Source: Podarcis gaigeae (Eukaryota). Taken from it: a stretch of DNA of 64,000 nt. The notes under the pieces are model-generated. The model searched no databases, had not been told where the DNA came from, and was given only the letters and a program-made list of their open reading frames with translations. This document shows positions 49,262-62,359 of this stretch, one piece after another. A program made the position numbers and the translations under genes. The first letter of the stretch is position 1. Each line of letters starts with the position of its first letter. The stretch lies in assembly GCA_964106915.2 (NCBI GenBank), contig OZ066921.1. The stretch is one strand, 5' to 3'.

Positions 49262-51073
49262 GTCAAGAACTTCACACCAGTTTTTGTTTCCAGAAAAGAA
49301 ACGCTGGTTAGTCTGCTGGATTGGCTTTGGACAGTCAAACAAACCAAACAAACCATGGCTTGGCCTGTGTTATGTTTGAACCAAACCAGTGGGCCACAGT
49401 TAGATTCAGAGAGATGACCTGGCCAAGCATTAGGGTCTTAACCAGCAATGCAATTATTATGCCCTTAAGGTTTAATCTAGCTCATGATTTAATTGCTAAC
49501 ATACTTAATTTATTTTGCTACTTAGATGTTTCTCCCTCCCTGTAACAAGAACACAGGGTGGGTAACAATTCTTTGTTACCTTAGTCTTGCTTCTACCTTA
49601 TGAGTCAAGCAAAACTGAGGTTGCTTTCGCAAGCAATGCATTCTTTTTGAATTCCATGCATCTCCAAGGTAACATCACTGGCCCCCGCTTTGTGATCTTT
49701 CACCAAAGAATATTTTTCACTCTCCTCATCCCCCCTCCCATCTCACTTTAATTTGTGAGAGGTCTCTCCGGCAAGAGGAGAGCCCTGAACTTTCATACTA
49801 AGTAATAACTCATACCAGCTCAGGAACGTGAGTGTGTCGGCTCATTTCAAATTATAAATCCAGATAGGTAGAGATGTGATTTGCATTAATTATTTGTGGG
49901 GGTTTTTGTTTGTTTTTGCATTAGACCCACCGCAACAAAATGATTCAAAAGATCAAATCAGGCATATTAGCGAGAGAATTACATTCGCTGTGTTGATTGC
50001 AAAAACTCCCTAAGAGAGAGTGATGCGTCCAGGATCTCCAAACGAGCTTCCTGGTTCTCCTGCAGCCAAGTCCTGTATCACTCACCTGCTTTGCATGCAA
50101 AAGGTCCAATCCCCAGCTTCTTCAGGAAAGACCCCCCCCCAACCTTAAACTTTGAGAAATTCCTTCTGATCAGGGTAGACAGTACTGAGCTTCATTCTGA
50201 CTCAATATAAGGCAGTTTCCTGTGACTCAAGCTTTGTTTTGTGCACTTTCTAAATTATTTAAATATTTGCAAATTTGCCATATAACTCACGCCTAGGGAA
50301 AGTTCTGATCATATCGTATTCAGTAAGAAGTAATTATTATCCTTTTTAATAAATAAGATGCATTTTAAAACTCAATAAGTAGATGGTAAAGGTCAATTGC
50401 AGTACTTTAAATGAGCTCTAAAAGAGATGAGCAGGACTCTCACACATAAAAAGGAAATAATTCAGTTTATGCCTCTAGTTCAGACTGTTGTTTCTGTATG
50501 GCCTTACTAGTGTATATTTGTTAGCATGCTTTATTTAAAATACGTTTCTACCTCCCTCCATCAAAAAGATGTCAAGGTGGCACACAGCGTACATGTATGA
50601 GCATAAAACAGAACATTAAACCAAATGCCATTTCATTTATTTTCTTTCTAGGATTTATATCCTGCCCCTCCTCACCAGTGGTCTCAAGGCAGGTCACAAC
50701 TGCTGGATTCACAAAGCTGAGCCCACCCCATTCATTTATATAGGATTGCAAGGGGTGTGTCAGTGTTGGGTCAGTTGTCCAAGCTTTAAGTAATTGGATC
50801 ACTTGCCTCTGTGTATCCTTGGATTAACTGTGTGCATTGCCTGCTGTTCTTCGGGCCAGCTATTTGCATACATATCGCACCAATCTGAATATTAAAGCTG
50901 TTGGAAAAAATCCTACTTTCTCTGGTTCTTCCACAAATGGAAGCCGAGAGAGTAGGCACAGGGGACAATTGATTCCAAAGGCCTGGTGAAAGAGGAAAGA
51001 CAGGAAAAGTAGACTCCAGCCGGATCTCAGAAAGGGGGAGTGTTTGCAACCAGGCTGCCATTCCTTAAAAGGA

Positions 51074-51076
<3 letters not shown>

Positions 51077-51112
<36 letters not shown>
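51077..51112. repeat. (GT)n microsatellite
   Basis: Directly visible. Confidence 0.95.
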
Positions 51113-51117
<5 letters not shown>

Positions 51118-52366
51118 TGATCAAACAGCAAATTTTTTAATACTTCTTAAAAACTCCAGCAGGCCTGTACAACAGAGCTTTCAATTAAAAGCCCATGCAT
51201 GGGGGTGTTGGAGTGGGGGGTGAGGAAGGGACTGGCACCCTCACATCTCTGTGCAGTTTGAGCCCACAAATTCAGATTCACTCTTTTTTCAGCATATGCA
51301 AACCAAGTATTGTTTCTGGCTGTTTTATTCTGTGATAAGTACCCAGAGCTAACATCTTCATATAAATCTATGCCTGGAAGTTGGAAGGGGGCGTGATGCA
51401 ATGTTTTCTCAATCCCACATCTTTCGTGGCTCATTCTCTCATTTTGCACACAATCTAATCACTTTGAAGTAGCAGACGCATTTTGTCGTGAGCTTTCAAG
51501 AGCCAGCGCCCACTCCTTCAAATCAGCTGGTGAAGTTGAATCTGGCCCACAAAACCTTCATGCCGCACGGTTTGCATTGGATTCTTCTGAAGTGCCAGAG
51601 GGTCCTCCCTTCTGCCGGAATAGAACCACCCCTCTGGGTTTTGTCCAAATTGCTGAAGTTTTCTTCTTGAACTGAGTAGCAAATTGGATTCTAGGTTCAA
51701 AAGGTTGGATGTGACCTAACGGCTGAGGTTGAGAGGCCAGATGGGCACTGTGAGAAATCTTGAGGTGTGTGGTTCGGGGCTTTGAATGAGCCTTTTTTCA
51801 TTATTTGAGCATTTCTTTAAAAGGACAGAGAGCTTATAGCTGAGAATAGCAACGAGAAAATCTGCAGAGCCGAGTGAGTTTTGTTCCTTCCTTTTAACTT
51901 AACGTTTGGACCTCAAGGAATATCAATAGACGGAGTAAAAAGAGCCGGAACCAAAACTAGGTCACTGAGTGGATCACAGGAACCTTCAGAAGTGAGGGGC
52001 AAACACCCATGTCCCTCTTCCTGCCTTCCGTCTGATTCAGCACTTTTGCACGGGTTGTAAGAACAAAAGTACTTTTCTGACTCCTTTGGTCAAAGCTAGC
52101 CTTTTTGTGTGCTCCACAAAAAAGGTAAAGAGAGAGAGATGACAATGTATTTGACTTGTACTACTGCTGGTGACACTTTGTGCTGCAAAGAGAATTCCCA
52201 ACACAGCAGGAAACACTCACTCTTTCTCTCTTCCTCTCTCTCATTTCTTAGGCGGTTCTGTTTTTCATTTCCCCTCCCCCTTTACCTCAAATTTAACCCC
52301 ATTTTCAAAGCAAGAAAAGAGCACCCAGGGAGCAGGCCTATGCATAAGAAAGTGGTGTAAGGCATG

Positions 52367-52919
52367 CAGTGCCAGATTTACGTATAAGCTAAACAAGCTA
52401 TAGCTTAGGGCCCCACTCTCTTGGGGGCCCAAAAAAATTTTAAAGGAAAAAAAAACCCTGGATCTACATTTCCAAAATATAAGATAAAAAAACCAATAAA
52501 ATGGCTTTAGATACCTATTAGGTCCATAAATTACCATATAGCATGGGTAGGCAAACTAAGGTCCAGGGGCCGGATCTGGTCCAATCGCCTTCTAAATCTG
52601 GCCTGTGGACGGTTCCGGAATCAGCGTGTTTTTATATGAGTAGAATGTGTCCTTTTATTTAAAATGCATCTCTGGGTTATTTGTGGGGCATAGGAATTCG
52701 TTCATACATATTTTTTCAAAATATAGTCCGGCCCCCCACATGGTCTGAGGGACAGTGGACTGGCCCACGGCTGAAAAAGTTAGCTGACCCCTGCCATATA
52801 GCATATATTCAACACAAAAAAACAGGGACAATTTGTTGTTGGCAAAGGACAGCTGGACATATAAAGGGCCCCGTTACCTTCAGTAGCTTAGGGCCCCATC
52901 AAACCTAAATCCAGCCCTG
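52367..52919. mobile_element. Non-autonomous hAT element hosting a nested insertion
   Basis: TIR CAGTGCCAGATTTA / TAAATCCAGCCCTG, 8-bp TSD AAGGCATG. Confidence 0.9.
52542..52793 (+). mobile_element. Nested hAT/Charlie (OC1-like) MITE
   Basis: CATGGGTAGGCAAAC .. GTTAGCTGACCCCTG, 8-bp TSD CCATATAG; second copy at 58179. Confidence 0.9.
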
Positions 52920-53136
52920 AAGGCATGGCAGTGTAAGTTGAGCCAGCATCAAACCAAACACCTCCCTTCTGTCCCAGCCAGAACAGGATGGGGAAGACTG
53001 AGCTACTTCGTATGCAGAAATGCTTGCCTGCTTGTTAACATGTGCAGATTTTCTCCCCCATACACTGGATTATGTTTCCTTTCTCTGTGTTTAAGACTAC
53101 TGATTCATATATATGCCATTATTTTTGCTGTTTCAG

Positions 53137-53214
53137 TGGGCATAATAGCTCAGTTCTGCACTACGGACATGCTGGCGCTCCAAATGAGAAAACCATTGAA
53201 GATGGAGACTTGTG
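53137..53214 (+). CDS. PEPD: Prolidase internal coding exon, equivalent to human exon 11
   Basis: Acceptor tttttgctgtttcag, 78-nt exon, donor GTGAGT. Joins in frame with the previous exon (AG+T=Ser) and reads [25 protein letters not shown](C), matching recalled human [26 protein letters not shown]. Confidence 0.96.
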
Positions 53215-56138
53215 GTGAGTAAAAGATTCCTCTGTGATAGAACTATGTCTACCATCCATTCTTAATAATAATAATAATAATAATAATGCCTGTCCTGGCA
53301 CCAAAGAGTCCAGGTACCTAGTTCTTTTTCCTTCTACTTCTTTTTTTATTTATTTAATAAAGGACATACACTTCAATAACATACAAGAACAAAGAAAGAA
53401 ATTGGAGTGGCGAGGTCATCTTAATTATTTCTTAAGCCAAGTTGGTAAAGAACCTGGATCCTCAGCAATCTACAAGCTTTGGGGTGGGGCAGAGACTGGC
53501 TTAGTATTCAACCTCCTTTGTATTCATTTTATTTTCTTCTGTCTGCCCCAACCCCCACCTGTAGCCAGGTAGTTATTTATTATTATTCATGCCACTTTGT
53601 ATTTTCAAAAAAAATAATAATCTCAAAGCGGTTTACTGTCTACGTTAGAACATGAAATAAAATAATCCAGAATAAAACATCACTGAAAAAAGTCAGTATA
53701 CATTCAAAGCAACATAATTAACAGGAGACTGAAATATTATCTTAAAGGTTTCAAAATAAAACCTTACGAGAGACGTCAACTACAGTGCACATTTGATGCA
53801 GCAAAGTTAACAAAAATAATACATTAAACATTTTGAAAGAAGACATTAAACGTATCTGCTGCTGTTGCTGCCAATCCTGCCAATGGTGGTTCATGGCGGG
53901 GGGTGGCTGTGGAAGCTCAGGCTTCATGACCTGGGTCTACAGTAGGAGACAGCCAAGGGGGTCTCTGGCTTATTCTGCATCCTCGGTTTTTGTAGCTGGA
54001 GTCAGTCGGGGCTCTGTCCTCCCAGACCAGGTGGGTAAAAGCCTGCAAGGCAGGGAGCAGGCCTTCCAGGACTCACAGCCAAGATAGCTTACACAACAAA
54101 AACACAATAAACCCCCCAGTTTTGGAACTGTTTAGTATTTAAACCCAAAGCCAATAATTTAAAATAAAGTAACAGCGTAATTGTTAGTTACTGGACCATT
54201 TTCTTTGGGCAGAAGGCTGGGCAGAAGATGGATTTTGTTCATATGTGGATGGGATTTGCAGTGGATGCTTGGAAATTTCTAGCTAGAGGATTGATTCATT
54301 TTTGGTCCCGATCTCAATAGTGATTGGAGGATGTGCTTGCCACATTTTCTTAAATCAAATGAGCATCAGTCCAGGCTTAGTTTCTGATCTCTAGTCTGTT
54401 TGTTTGGGGTTGAATTGCATGTTGACTTCCATCACTGTTGGCCCAAGACGATTTGCTGACTGAAGCAGAGCATCAAATGCCCTCGCACATGCACACATAC
54501 GGGCCAACACTTCAAAAAAAACCTAACTGCACCATTCAGACATTAGTTGCTAGTTTCATTTACCCTTCCTCCCCCTCCCCCCCACCAGCCAGATGTTTTC
54601 ACCTGGCTGCAGAGTCAGCCCTCACTTCTATGAAGTCTCCTTTCTCTACCGATGCAGCTTCGAAGTCTAACTCAGCTGCATGCATAAGATTTCCAGTTCT
54701 CTTTACATTTCCAAGTTGCTTCTCAGAATACTAACTTCTATGTTTGTGTGTTAAGACTCTCATTTAATAGTTGCTTTGCTTGTAAGGCTAGTTTGTTAGT
54801 CCAGAAAGCTGTATCTCCCAGCAGTAATCATGTCATTTGCACATCTGCACCCGTAAAGCTGTAACAAAGTTAGTGTCTGCTGAATATACCTTGTTTGGAA
54901 TTTTGCTAAACCTTTTTGTTGTATGGCTCAGGGGAGCCCTCTGTCGGAAAACCCCAAGAAGTGCTGGCTTGCCACACAGTCTCGGCGTAATGTAAAGCCA
55001 CGCTTCCCTGGAAAAGTCCAAGGGGGAGAATTGTGTGCTGGCTGTCCAAATGAACGTTCCCCAGTTGTCATCGAGATCACCCACTGCATATTTCTGGGAC
55101 GTAGTACTCGGGTCTCAGCCTTTCTGCCCTCCCCAGAAATCATTTCTCTCTCTTGCACTGTCATAAGTGGGACATGCTGTGCCCGTTGCAAAAATTTTGT
55201 CCCTGTGGTTTTTCAGTTTCCATGCACAGATCTTCTAAGAGCCTAGCAAAAAAAAAAAAAAAAAAAAAGGCGATGGGTGGGAGAACTACTTCAATACAAA
55301 AGGAGTCACGTAGGAGCCTTGTACTCTTTCTGATCCTCTTTGAACATCGCGTTCCTCAGGCATGCTACATAGATGCACCTGGCGCCGTTGTAAGAACCCC
55401 CGAAGCAAAATCTTGTTGCTTTTTGAAATATGAGTTGCAGAGCTCCTTGTTTGCGTGGGGGGTTTTTTGGGGTCTTCCTTTCTAAAAGAGACTGCCCCCA
55501 TATATCTCGGGTTGCAGTATGCCGGAGGAATCTGTAAGGTTGAGTTTGATCCTTCTGTTCCCTCTCACCAGTGCGCAGGCTGTATTTCTGAATAGAGTCA
55601 CAAGATAGATCTCTTTCCTCCAGCACAAATGCCACCCACCTGCTCTGCTCTATAAGGCTCCCCAGCACCATATATTCCTCCAAAACGAACTCTCCACAAC
55701 TCTGAGAGAAGAAGGTGTGGCAGCTCTCTCTGCCTGATTCCACCAAAGCAATCTAGTGGCCAGGGAAGGTGGGGATGCAGCTGTAGGCCAGGTAATTCAA
55801 GGGACCAGCCAGTTTCACTGAGTCCTAGGAAGCACTAGCGGGAGGAGAGAGAGGGAGTAAACAATTTCACTAACCACAGATGAAATAAGGGCTTCTTTCT
55901 CTCTCTCCCTCCCCCCCACCCCACCCTCTTTTTTTTTTTTGCACAGTGCAAAATGCAGAGTGAGATGAAAAGCTGGATTGCCCAAAGGGAAGGAGAGCTG
56001 CTTCTTTGCCTTTTTTATCAGATGTTGTTCATTCTTTTGATAAATACCTTGTAGATAAAATCCAACATTGTGTTAGCTAAACTTGGCAGGTTTTCTAGCC
56101 CCAAGCAGATAATCTTGAAACAATAATAACTGTATATA

Positions 56139-56280
56139 CAGGCATACCTTAGAGATATAACAGGTTCGGTTCCAGACCCCTGCAAGAAAGCTAATATACC
56201 AATAAAGCGAGTTGCACATTTTATTTTTATTTTGCTTTCCTAGTGTGTATAAAAGTATAAAAGTTAGGTCTACACTATAC
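56139..56280 (-). mobile_element. Terminal fragment of a Tigger1-like DNA transposon
   Basis: TA-CAGGCATACCTTAGAGATAT..GGTTCGGTTCCAGACC..CAATAAAGCGAGT..TATAAAAGTTA..TACACTATAC resembles the recalled right end of mammalian Tigger1. Confidence 0.7.
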
Positions 56281-57061
56281 AGGGGCAGGAGGGGGAAATC
56301 CCAGCTCCAGCCCATGCCAGCTCCACTCCTGTGGTCAGAAAGGAATGTGAGTGGCGGCAGGGCTGGAAGTGGCTGGGCTGCCTGTGGCTGCACTCAGGTC
56401 CTCATAAAGAGCAATACACCACATTTCCCCACTTAATGGACATGAGTGTTTCGCTGGGCATAGTTACTCCACCATAGATCATCAGTGGTCATGTGAATGT
56501 TGATTACTCAAAGGGTTTTACGGTGATCATATTCTGGCCAGTGGGTGTCACTTGGGAATAGGATCCCTCTGCAGTCAAATTCATTTGCCACTTGCTAAAC
56601 TCCAGAAGGCTTTTTAATAACCATAGAATCTTTCCCTTTTCAAAAGTGGTTGCTTCTGTTGCCAAGGAAATGTCCTTTTGGTCCAGTGTTTCGGGCGTGG
56701 TCACACATGGTGACATATTACTGGCAGATCTTGAGACATGCACACCATACGTTCAGGGGAACGGTTTGAAAACATTTGGTGCTAGGATCTGTTTGTCCAG
56801 ATGGTGGCAACGTTGCATTAAAAAGTGAGAATGTCATTTTCGTCGTTTAATAGGATCTTAGGTGTTGTCTCCCACCTCCCGCAAAACTGCCTCAGATGAT
56901 GTTCAGACATTGTATATGAAGCATCAGTTAGGTATATTTGCTCATGTTAAAAGCCTGTTTTAAAAGGCGTAGTTCTGGTTTATATCATTGCACTCACTGC
57001 TTGGTTTTGCATTTGTCTGGGAGATGTTGGAGGTTTCTCTTGCTTCCAAGCAGCCTTGCAA

Positions 57062-57105
<44 letters not shown>

Positions 57106-57110
57106 TAATA
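57062..57110. repeat. (AAT)n microsatellite
   Basis: Directly visible. Confidence 0.95.
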
Positions 57111-57139
57111 GAAAGATCACCTCACCCCTTATAGACCCA

Positions 57140-57435
57140 GTTGATCACAGCCCTCTGCAGGCACCATCTTATTGGGAGGTCCATTCTGCACAATGTAGGA
57201 ATCAAGCCTTTGTTGTGGTGGCCCAACTCTCTTCAATTCCTTCCCCGTGAATATTAGACAGGCACCCTCTCTGTTGCCTTTCCAGCTTCCTCTTTCAACA
57301 ATCCTTTTAAGTTGAGATCTTTATCCCAGTTTGCATACATTTTTATTGTTTTATCACTTCTTGTTTGCCACCCTGGGCTCTTTTGAAGGGACGATCAGGA
57401 TATAAATGAATAAATAAATAAAATTAAATAACATA
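57140..57435 (+). mobile_element. L2 3' fragment
   Basis: gcctttgttgtggtggccc..attagacaggc..gccaccctgggctc..ggatataaat followed by (AATA)n. Confidence 0.6.
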
Positions 57436-58178
57436 CATACATATTTTTTTACTCCCAACTTTCTGTTGCAAAAGACATCAGAGGCAGCTAATAGTAACCG
57501 TAGTTGTGATACAAAGCAGTTAGCTTTCAATTACATAAAAAGATACCTGTAGATTCTGGTCGTATTGATTAAAATTTCCCTGCCTGTGGATTTTTCAGGC
57601 TTGCGAAATTTCAAATTGATAAGGAAAAACATAAAAATGTGCTCAATAAACTGGATAAAAATCTGATTTTCTGCTTGTACCAGATTAGCCTCATTCCATT
57701 AGGAATTTAAGCTCTTCTTACCTCAAGCAAAGGTTACATATTTAAAGTGCAACGGTTTCCATTTTAATATCTCATACTCCCATTTATAAAATATCCTTTC
57801 AGTCTTTATTTTCCTGTCAAGCCGTTTTTGTTACGCGGCTCAGAGGATCTTGCAAACTGATTGTGCAGAACACTTTAAAATTAATAAAATGGTTCATTAA
57901 ATGGTTTGCTAAAACTGAAAAATTATATGTATATTCAGGGCTTTTTAAATGGGAGGGCTTCTCTTCTTCATCTGCTCACCCTCTGCTGCCACCCAGCCAC
58001 ACCAATTGCCTCTGGAGCACACCTTCAGGCCACATGCCACCGTGCCATGACCATGGGGGTGCCAGAATTCACCAAAGAGGTGGCGAAACTCAATTCCAGT
58101 GAGTTCCAGCCGGGGGGGGGGGGGCTGAGTCCATGCAGTCTGTTAGATTGTCGTCAAAAAGAGAGGAAACTTTTAAAT

Positions 58179-58430
58179 CATGGGTAGGCAAACTAAGGCC
58201 CAGGGGCCAGATCCGACCCAGTCGCCTTCTAAATCTGGCCCGTAGGCGGTCCAGGAATCAGTGTGATTTTACATGAGTAGAATGTGTCCTTTTATTTAAA
58301 ATGCATCTCTGGGTTATTTGTGGGGCATAGGAATTCGTTCATATTTTTTTTCCAAAATATAGTCCGGGGCCCCCACAAGGTCTGAGGGACAGCGGACTGG
58401 CCACCTGCTGAAAAAGTTTGCTGACCTCTG
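58179..58430 (+). mobile_element. hAT/Charlie (OC1-like) MITE
   Basis: Same family as 52542; 8-bp TSD TTTTAAAT. Confidence 0.92.
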
Positions 58431-58639
58431 TTTTAAATTCTTGCCTTGGTTGGTTTGCAAAGACGAAAGCTAGATAAGCCTGTCCCAGCCAGCACGGTCC
58501 ATGGTCAGGAATGATGGGAGCTGTAGTCCAACAAGGTCTGGAGGGTACCACGTATGCGACAGGATAAAAGAATGTTCCTCCCATGAGCCTTTGGTTGTCT
58601 TCCTTTTGAATACAAATGGTAGTGTGCTGTTGTTACACA

Positions 58640-58835
58640 GACACCCTACCTTTTTCTCCAAGGAGCTCAAGGGGGTGTACATAGTTCCTCCCCCCTGCTT
58701 ATTTAACTCCTCCCCCCAACAACCCTGTGAGGTAGGTTAGGCTGAGAGGCACCCAGTGAGCATCATGGCGGAGTGGGGGATTTGAACCCTAGTCTCTCCC
58801 AGGTTCTAGTACAGTACTCTAATCACTACACCATG
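58640..58835 (-). mobile_element. tRNA-derived SINE (Squam3/MIR-like)
   Basis: caacaaccctgtgaggtaggttaggctgag..gatttgaaccc..aatcactacacca. Confidence 0.72.
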
Positions 58836-59614
58836 CTGATGACTCTCTTGGCTGGAATAGTTCCATTCAGGTGCACAGAATACATGACCTGGCACACTAT
58901 AGAGAATGAGATAGAAATTAAGCCCCCCACATGTTCGCTCAAATGCCTGAAGAGGTGTAGGCAGACACTTGTTTGCATTGGCCACTTGCCATTGCAATTT
59001 CAGTTTCAGCACAAACTACAAATATGTATAAACACAACAAAGCAAGAAGAAACTGCAAAACTACATTAAAACACCTACTATTGTAATTTGTGCGCTATGC
59101 AGATAAAATTGCCAAACTGAATTAAAATTTATTACAATTTAACATCCAGAGTGTCACTGCGGTCCTTATTTTAATGGCAGCTGCTTATAAAAGTTGCGGT
59201 CTTTGCTGTCATTGACGTGTCTTGATCTGCAAAGAGAAAAGGGCTTCGGAGTTCTCTGTATCCATATATGAAAATTCAGTCACTCACGAGAAATTTGCCA
59301 AGTCTTTCTAGTTAATAGTGCCATCTTGTGATTGAAAGATGCAGAGACACCTTCCATTAAAAACACACAATTTGTTTCTAAAGTGAATTTCTATCAGTTT
59401 CTTTGCTAGCAAAAATAAAATAAACTTATCTCCTTTTCCTCCACCTTTTGAATTTCCATCTGTTTAAAATAGCAAATTTGCTTCAGCAAATTCCTCTCTT
59501 CTGTTATCTGTTAATTAGAGGGCCATTTAAAAAACCATTGTAGAATGATATTTGTCTGTTCCCTGAATTGGAAAAAAGCTAATTATCTCATACTTGTAAG
59601 ATACTATTTAAAGC

Positions 59615-59726
59615 ACCCTTTGCCAACCTGGTGCCCTCCAGATGTTTTGTGTGACACTTCCCAATAACCCTCTGCAGCCCGATGTAGTCCAAAACATCTG
59701 GAGGGCACCAGCCTGGCAAAGGGCTG
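59615..59726. mobile_element. Older palindromic hAT MITE
   Basis: ccctttgccaacctggtgccctccagatgtttt / aaaacatctggagggcaccagcctggcaaaggg inverted arms; related relics at 25000-25110, 32625-32740, 35510-35610 and 58480-58550. Confidence 0.75.
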
Positions 59727-59939
59727 ATCTAAAGGCATTTAAATCAAAACAGCCATTGACTTAGGTCGCTTGAGTAGATAGCAGTGAGATACTGTCTGTT
59801 GTACAGCTTCCAGCTGGAAGAAAAACCCTAGACATGCCCCTGGGTTGCAGAGAGAGGGTGCTCCTGGCTGATGTGTGGGTTGCCAGGAAAGTTTTAAGTA
59901 GTGCTGCACATGCCCTGCAACTGGAAGAGTGCTTCATTC

Positions 59940-60650
59940 AGAACATAAAAAGAGCCTGCAGGATCAGGCCCATGGCCCATCTAGTCTAGCATCCTGTTCT
60001 CACAGTGGCCAACCAGATGCCTCAATGGGAGACCTGCAAACAAGACCTGATCAGAAAGCACGCTCCCCTCCTGCGGCTTTCAGCAACTGGCCTTCAGAAG
60101 CATTGCTACCTCCAATTGTGGAGCCTTCATGGCTATTAGCCATTTTCCTCCAGGAATTTATCCAATCCTCTTTTAGGCCATCCAAGTTGGTGGCCCTCAC
60201 GGCCTCCTGTGGAAGTGAGTTCCATAGTTTAACAATGCACTGCAGGAAGGAAGTACTTTCTTTTAACTTTCCTGAATTTCCCTACTTCTCAGCTTTGTTG
60301 GATTCCCGCTAGTTCTAGTATTATGAGATGGGGGGGGGGGAATAAACCTCTGTCCTATTGACTCTTACTGGCCTTGCTACAGTGGTACCTCGGGTTACAG
60401 ACGCTTCAGGTTACAGACTCCGCTAACCCAGAAATAGTACCTCGGGTTAAGAACTTTGCTTCAAGATGAGAACAGCGGTGCAGTAGCAGTGGGAGGCCCC
60501 ATTAGTTAAAGTGGTTCTTCAGGTTAAGAACAGTTTCAGGTTAAAAATGGACCTCCGGAACGAATTAAGTTCTTAACCCGAGGTACCACTGCACTAAAAT
60601 GTTCTCTACCCGCTTTGTCCATGCCAGGCATAATTTTATAAACTTCTAAC
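59940..60650 (-). mobile_element. Old CR1 fragment interrupted by a Tigger-like MITE
   Basis: agaacataaaaagagcctgc..ctagcatcctgttctcacagtggccaaccagatgcc..; CR1 similarity resumes at ccatgccaggcataattttataaacttcta. Confidence 0.78.
60380..60591 (+). mobile_element. Tc/Mariner (Tigger-like) MITE
   Basis: TA-CAGTGGTACCTCGGGTTA..TAACCCGAGGTACCACTG; same family as 31645. Confidence 0.92.
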
Positions 60651-60998
60651 GCAGTTCCCTGGGATGCCTCTCGTGTGGATGAAAGGGAAAAGGTAGATTG
60701 CCGAGCAAAGATCACGGCTGTCTCCCGAGACCTTGGAGAGGGGCTGTGAGTCAGAGGCGGCCGTACAGCACAGGGTGCTCTGATGGCCTGACTCAGACTT
60801 CAGCATTGCATGTCTCCCTGGGCCAGTAAAACAGCTTCCCAGAGCTTTGCCTACTTCCCCGGTATTAAAAATTAACTACCCGTGGCCTTGGAGCAGCAAA
60901 AGAATGCAGACGGGGAACAGAATTTTGACTGTGCCTGCAGGGCCTGATTCTGTAAACTAACCAGAGGACAGTCAGAGAGCCCCCAGCCCCAGCCCCCC

Positions 60999-61037
<39 letters not shown>

Positions 61038-61594
61038 ACTGTTCTATTTCCATCCCAGTGGTCATTGTAAGAACTACTGCTTAACTTTAGGAACTTTAGG
61101 TGCTAGAGTTAGCTTATTTTCTTCTCCCTACCCATCTATTTTTCCTTTTGTGTCATGACTTTTCCCCACTGGGAACAATTTCTGCTGATTAGTAGGGTAA
61201 AAGAATACTGCAGCTGTGTGAGTCAGTGCAGTTAGTTGCTTGACATTGGTGACTTGAATGTATGAAATCCAGACAAAAATGTGATATTGTCTCACCTTTC
61301 CCCTGGATCTAGTTTTTGGAGTCATAAGAACTAGAAGGTCGTCTAATTCAACCCACTCACAACCCACTGTTACCCATCGCCGTTAAGTGATCACCCACCC
61401 CTGTTCAAAACCAAGGAGAGTCTATCAGTTTCCAAGTGAGAACAGCTCTTAGAAGTCCTTCCTAATTTCATTTCTCGTGGTTTAAAAATACTGATTCTGG
61501 CCCTACATCTTGGAGAAGCAGATAATAAATTTGTTCCATCAGGGAACATGAGGAAAGGTTGCAAAGTGGCCGGGGAAAAGTTTTCCTTCCTCTT

Positions 61595-61962
61595 CATAAC
61601 ATGGGAACTCAGGGAACATGAAAGCTGAATGCTAGAAGATTCAGGACAAATAAAGGAAAGCCCTCCCTTCCACAGGAGACTGTGATGGCTACCAGCCTGG
61701 GTGGCTTTAAAAGAGGATTACACAGATTCATAGAGGAGGCGGCTTTCAATGGCTGCTAGTCATAATGGCTGCTTAGCAGTGGGAGGCAGCAATGCTTCTG
61801 AGTGCCAGCTGCTGCAAACTGAAGGCAGGAAGAGTGCCCTTGTGCTCGGGTCCTGCTTGCCAGTTTCCCAGAGGGCTCTGGTTGGCCACTATAAGAACAG
61901 GATGCTGGGCCAGATGGGCTACTGGCCTGATCCAGCAGGCTCTTCTTATGTCCTTATGTTCC
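61595..61962 (+). mobile_element. Old CR1 3' fragment
   Basis: atgaaagctgaatgctagaagattcaggacaaataaaagg..ggctttaaaagaggatta..cctgatccagcaggctcttcttatgtccttatg. Confidence 0.78.
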
Positions 61963-62359
61963 TTCATGTTCTGGCACTCTCTCAGGCTTCCAAGTCTCTC
62001 ACCCTGGGCTCTCTGTCAGAGATGGTGGCAGCTGGAATGCTGTAGGGCCTGACAGTCCAGGCTCAGCCTTGCCTGACCCCACCTGTTCCTCCACATGGTT
62101 CACTTGAGGGAGATGCAGATCCTGCTCTGATCAGGACTTTTGCACCAGAGGCTTGGCATCACCAGCTGTGTCTCTGCCAGAGTTCAGTAAGGTGGGTGTG
62201 CCTTCTCACTGGAAGGAGCAGGCAGCAAGACAGTCACCTCTGAGAGCAGGAAACCTCTCTACCCCCAGTGGAGTCTGACTGAACTGAAGCAGGTTCAGAA
62301 CTGTCTCGTGCAGACTCCTCCCATCGCGCGTCCTTTGGCTTTGCAGGCACTTGTAACTA

